DNA of 54,721 bases from a virus. Taxonomy: Duplodnaviria; Caudoviricetes. The translations under genes were made by a program, and so were the position numbers. The stretch is from the IMG/VR virus record IMGVR_UViG_3300014962_000394, positions 1-54,721 of that record; one strand, written 5' to 3'. How positions within the stretch are numbered: position 1 is the stretch's first letter; the number at the start of each line of letters is the position of its first letter. Positions 51,239 to 54,721 of this stretch are shown here, one piece after another. Below the pieces are notes generated by a model. That model did not search any database, was not told the DNA's origin, and saw only the letters and a program-made list of their open reading frames with translations.

Positions 51239-51412
51239 ATGATAGTAAAAAAGAAACTTACCTTATTTGAAGAATCCTACAATGAAGGTTATACACAAGC
51301 AATGGAAGATATGTTGAATAAACTATACGATAAATTTCCAAAAAGTAAATCAAAATATTCACAAATAATAGATGAAATACTTTCATCATTTGAGGAGGAT
51401 AAGAATGAATAA
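51239..51412 (+). CDS. Small hypothetical protein (57 aa)
   Basis: Hand translation MIVKKKLTLFEESYNEGYTQAMED...; fills the gap exactly. Confidence 0.55.
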   Translation: MIVKKKLTLFEESYNEGYTQAMEDMLNKLYDKFPKSKSKYSQIIDEILSSFEEDKNE

Positions 51413-51641
51413 TAATATATCATTCCCCCATCTATATGAATTGATAACGGCAGATGGCGAAACGTTTTGGATAAATGTATCTAATATAGATAAGATAGAA
51501 TACTCCAGACAAAGTGCAAATTGGTGTAATGTATATTTAAAAGACAACACAACGCCATTTCTAATTAAGAATACACCAGATGAATTTTATGAACTGATAA
51601 TAGAAGATTATTTAAGATTGAAAGAAAGGTATCGTCTATGA
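51405..51641 (+). CDS. Hypothetical protein
   Basis: GGAGG upstream of ATG 51405; WINVSNI..IE motif. Confidence 0.6.
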   Translation: MNNNISFPHLYELITADGETFWINVSNIDKIEYSRQSANWCNVYLKDNTTPFLIKNTPDEFYELIIEDYLRLKERYRL

Positions 51642-52531
51642 AAAAAACAAAAGGGATAATACTTGCAGGTGGACTTGGTACAAGATTATATCCTGCAACG
51701 TCTGTGGCGAACAAACAATTGTTACCCATACATGATAAACCAATGATATATTATCCACTCGCCACATTGATGCTTGCAGGTATCAGGGACATTATGATAA
51801 TATCAACTCCAGTAGATATTCATAATTTTGAAAGAGTATTGGGAAGTGGTAGAGATATTGGTCTGAATATAACCTATGAGATACAATATGAACCAAAAGG
51901 AATATCTGATTCATTCATCATAGGTCAAAAATTTATAGGTGAAGACCAAGTTTGTCTGATACTCGGTGATAATCTTTTCTATGGTAAATTAGATTTCCTA
52001 CGAAAGGCAATCAACGAAAATAGGGGTGGAACTGTATTTGGTTATGAAGTCAAAGACCCACACCGCTACGGTATCGTAGAGTTTGATAGTGATAACCGTG
52101 TCGTTTCTATTGAAGAAAAACCAAAAGAACCCAAATCAAACTACGCCATACCCGGCCTATACATTTTTGATTCCCATGTCGTTGGTATAGCCAAATCAAT
52201 AGAACCGTCAGCGAGGGGTGAATTAGAAATCACGGATGTACAAAGGGCATACCTTGATAAAGGATGTTTAGATGTAGTAAAGATGGGTAGAGGTATCACA
52301 TGGCTTGACACCGGAACACCAGAGAGTTTAATTGAAGCAAGCCAGTTCATCAGTATAATAGAAAACAGACAAAATCTTAAAGTTGCTTGTCTTGAAGAAA
52401 TTTCTCTTGATATGGGATATATTACAACAACAGAATATAAAAAATTATTGTCATATATGCCCAAATCACCATATAAAGATTATTGTCAGAAAATTTTATT
52501 AGACAGAACTAATATATCAAGAAATGATTAA
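51638..52531 (+). CDS. rmlA: Glucose-1-phosphate thymidylyltransferase
   Basis: GIILAGGLGTRLYP, KQLLP..DKPMIYYPL, LGDN, EEKP, SARGELEITD, WLDTGT. Confidence 0.95.
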   Translation: MKKTKGIILAGGLGTRLYPATSVANKQLLPIHDKPMIYYPLATLMLAGIRDIMIISTPVDIHNFERVLGSGRDIGLNITYEIQYEPKGISDSFIIGQKFIGEDQVCLILGDNLFYGKLDFLRKAINENRGGTVFGYEVKDPHRYGIVEFDSDNRVVSIEEKPKEPKSNYAIPGLYIFDSHVVGIAKSIEPSARGELEITDVQRAYLDKGCLDVVKMGRGITWLDTGTPESLIEASQFISIIENRQNLKVACLEEISLDMGYITTTEYKKLLSYMPKSPYKDYCQKILLDRTNISRND

Positions 52532-52569
52532 TAATAACATATTTAGATAATAGAAGGTATTTTGTCACT

Positions 52570-52695
52570 ATGAAATACAGAAATTATTTGTTTCAGAAGT
52601 TTGCAGGTCGTGTCATTCGTTGGATGATGAATCATCCACTCATAACACTCATACTGATTATCATAACAGTTGTATTAATGTCCTCTGGCAAATAG
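52570..52695 (+). CDS. Small membrane peptide (41 aa)
   Basis: Hand translation MKYRNYLFQKFAGRVIRWMMNHPLITLILIIITVVLMSSGK. Confidence 0.45.
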   Translation: MKYRNYLFQKFAGRVIRWMMNHPLITLILIIITVVLMSSGK

Positions 52696-52766
52696 TCTAC
52701 TAATAGTAACAAATATAATAATTGAAAATTCGTTACAGATGACTAAACCAATAATGGAGTATCGTT

Positions 52767-52979
52767 ATGAAAAGAAAAGATACTATTTTAAATGAATTGA
52801 ATAATGTAAAACCAATTATTACAAGTTATGATATATGGATGGGATTCATTATCTTAATAGGTATGGTTGTTATTATTTTTGCTACTATGCATTATGCAGA
52901 AACAAAATCCAATTGGATTCAAAAGGACACCAATGTTCGAGAAGAAACTATACAACATTTCAATCCTAACATTCCGTAA
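52767..52979 (+). CDS. Small membrane protein
   Basis: GGAG upstream; one TM. Confidence 0.6.
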   Translation: MKRKDTILNELNNVKPIITSYDIWMGFIILIGMVVIIFATMHYAETKSNWIQKDTNVREETIQHFNPNIP

Positions 52980-52985
52980 ATAATT

Positions 52986-53076
52986 TTTCTTCCAATACCC
53001 GTAAAGTATTGGGGAGAGTTGGGGAGGCCATAGGTATCAACTGTTCATTCTCCGTGTAGGCCTCCCCTATTTTTTT
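52986..53076 (+). terminator. Two-hairpin element ending in a terminator with a 29-nt loop
   Basis: TTCCAATAC/GTATTGGGG hairpin; GGGGAGGCC-N29-GGCCTCCCC-TATTTTTTT. Confidence 0.65.
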
Positions 53077-53090
53077 AAAACTATGTAAAA

Positions 53091-53639
53091 TTAAAATAGT
53101 GTCATTGTCTGAATGGATGGAAACAGAATCCAAACTGCATACCAGATGATTACTGAATATATGGTTATGTGCAGGACGGGTAAACCGCCGGTTTCTCGGC
53201 CATTGATTTTGTCCCATATTCCCATGGGTGTCCACCATAACCAGAACATATTACCATAACCTAACATATCTTTTAATTTGCCCATTAGAACATAAAAAAG
53301 AACATCACACACGCCCATCCACCATAGGTAAATAAAACCTATCGTTGTCCATAGATTCCAATGTGTGAGTAGACCAAGAACTAAAAAAATCGTCCATTGA
53401 AATACTGTTTGAATGATGCGGTATCGGACTAAATTATCTCTATCCTTTGAATTTTCTACGGAAGCATATCCGAACACATCAAAGGCAGTAAAAATAATTA
53501 AACCGAATGCCAGTATAAATGGGTTTGGGATGTCTATGAACGCACTACCAATTAAACCTAATAGTGAGAAGACTATGGCTGGAAACGCCCAATCCCTTCT
53601 AATAAGGTTAATAAATAAATTACCGTCTCCGTCTCTCAT
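53091..53639 (-). CDS. Polytopic membrane protein
   Basis: About five TM helices, Trp-rich; AGGAG upstream. Confidence 0.7.
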   Translation of the reverse strand: MRDGDGNLFINLIRRDWAFPAIVFSLLGLIGSAFIDIPNPFILAFGLIIFTAFDVFGYASVENSKDRDNLVRYRIIQTVFQWTIFLVLGLLTHWNLWTTIGFIYLWWMGVCDVLFYVLMGKLKDMLGYGNMFWLWWTPMGIWDKINGRETGGLPVLHITIYSVIIWYAVWILFPSIQTMTLF

Positions 53640-53717
53640 ATCTTTCTCCTATTAGTAAAAAATGATTACATAGATAATTATAGGTATAATAATTTTACCA
53701 ACCGACTGGAGTATGTT

Positions 53718-53909
53718 ATGTTTATGAGAAAAGATATTACCGAACTGAACCCCAATGAAAACCTACATCAAATGGCAAATGACTTGATATTCACAAGTGC
53801 TGGGGAATTGATGCAAGTTATTGTAGAGAAGAAAGAGAAGAAAGGATGTGATAATGGTTGTGAATGCCAGGATTGTGATGATGACCATGGCGACAATGTA
53901 ACATGGTAA
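53718..53909 (+). CDS. Small protein with Cys/His-rich C-terminus
   Basis: GCDNGCECQDCDDDH; GGAG upstream. Confidence 0.55.
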   Translation: MFMRKDITELNPNENLHQMANDLIFTSAGELMQVIVEKKEKKGCDNGCECQDCDDDHGDNVTW

Positions 53910-54003
53910 TTTAATTATTATACCCATCTGGGTATCCCAGGAAACGATTTTCCTATAGCAAAAAATTGGCTCCGGTCTGGAAACGGACTAGCCCCGGCAG
54001 GCC

Positions 54004-54194
54004 TAACCCCCTACCCCATAAGGATTTACGTTAAATACCCCCACTCCCCCTACCCTCTCTATCTCTATAAAAATCAACAACTTATGTCACCCCCCTCCCC
54101 CTACCCCTCATTTTCCTAACTCATTGCGCAACATAGGGTTAGCCACCCCCTCCCCTAACTTATTGCAGTGTAAGGACTTAACCCCCCTCCCCCC
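54004..54194. repeat. Four 25-bp imperfect palindromes interleaved with poly-C tracts
   Basis: Copies at 54004-54028, 54060-54084, 54117-54141, 54156-54180; CCCCC(A)CTCCCC-type spacers. Confidence 0.75.
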
Positions 54195-54196
54195 TT

Positions 54197-54215
54197 ATTT
54201 AGACTAAATCTAAAT
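54197..54215. promoter_or_regulatory. 19-bp inverted repeat, possible Fur-type operator
   Basis: ATTTAGA-CTAAA-TCTAAAT just upstream of an early promoter. Confidence 0.4.
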
Positions 54216-54234
54216 TACACTTTTTTTAAAATAG

Positions 54235-54270
54235 TGCTTTGATCTTTCATGCCAATCACTTATATTTGTA
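54235..54270 (+). promoter_or_regulatory. Early promoter
   Basis: TGCTTTGATCT-N15-TATATTTGTA. Confidence 0.8.
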
Positions 54271-54305
54271 TAAGAAAGTTGATAATAACCCTATACGGAA
54301 TGACT

Positions 54306-54428
54306 ATGAAATACCTTAAAAACCTCGTAACTACCTTATTTCTCATAGTGTTATGCTATGGTATTACCGTTCCTACGGTATCTAATGGTAAAAAAAATGT
54401 AGTTACCACCGTAAAAAAAGATAAATAA
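54306..54428 (+). CDS. Small membrane/secreted peptide (40 aa)
   Basis: Hand translation MKYLKNLVTTLFLIVLCYGITVPTVSNGKKNVVTTVKKDK. Confidence 0.45.
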   Translation: MKYLKNLVTTLFLIVLCYGITVPTVSNGKKNVVTTVKKDK

Positions 54429-54464
54429 TGCTTTGATCTTACGAAAAAATGCCTTATATTTGTA
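54429..54464 (+). promoter_or_regulatory. Early promoter
   Basis: TGCTTTGATCT-N15-TATATTTGTA. Confidence 0.8.
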
Positions 54465-54504
54465 TTAAGATAATAACAACAACCACTATTAAGGAAACAA
54501 CCTT

Positions 54505-54721
54505 ATGAAAAAGAACAACAGAATCCATGAGTACCAGGTTACAGTAACCGGTTTCCAACCTAATGGCGTGCCAGTATCTATGGATATGCTCGTCCATGCC
54601 AATACAGAGACAGCTGCTATGTTCAAAGCCGAGGATATTCTTATGAATACCTATGGTATTGATAATGCTATTACAGAGTCTATCGAATTGAATCGTTATG
54701 AGAATAACACTGGTGCAGGTT
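54505..54721 (+). CDS. Early hypothetical protein (partial, runs off the window)
   Basis: Hand translation MKKNNRIHEYQVTVTGFQPNGVPVSMDMLVHA...; AAGGA upstream. Confidence 0.65.
   Translation, partial: MKKNNRIHEYQVTVTGFQPNGVPVSMDMLVHANTETAAMFKAEDILMNTYGIDNAITESIELNRYENNTGAG

Noticed and set aside
52966-53238. 90-aa minus-strand ORF
   Set aside because: Overlaps the membrane gene out of frame and runs through the hairpin element
54004-54194. CRISPR mini-array (also considered for 44429-44520)
   Set aside because: Repeats vary internally, spacers are 3-32 bp and low-complexity, and no cas genes are present
1-54721. Stop-codon reassignment as in some large Bacteroidota phages
   Set aside because: Genes are full length and tightly packed under code 11; TAA, TGA and TAG all end genes

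Overview
A 54.7 kb AT-rich segment of a large contractile-tailed dsDNA bacteriophage. The host is probably in the Bacteroidota/FCB group: promoters match TTTG-N19/20-TAnnTTTG and there is a DUF4494-like gene. The minus-strand arm (1-43.65 kb) carries a glycosylation/methylation cluster including an Aah/TibC-like protein O-heptosyltransferase domain, an SbcD-SbcC fusion, primase, a T7 endonuclease I-like resolvase, and a baseplate/tail module with five paralogues sharing a C-terminal domain. It also has two tandem cell-wall hydrolases sharing an N-terminal leader, a sigma-like factor, ClpP, UvsE and ThyX. The plus-strand arm (43.7-54.7 kb) looks like early genes: a MoxR-type AAA+/VWA pair, metallopeptidases, tRNA-Ile2(CAU) and RmlA. 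The most notable non-coding signals are: (i) a candidate sRNA whose loop (GUGGUUGUUUU) is complementary to an AACAACC motif recurring in early-gene leaders, one of four large-loop intergenic hairpins; (ii) seven 25-bp imperfect palindromes in two clusters, each just before tandem early promoters, one cluster with poly-C spacers; (iii) an AGATCT/17-mer repeat cluster near the strand switch, a candidate origin. All calls come from motif recognition by eye; no database search was run.
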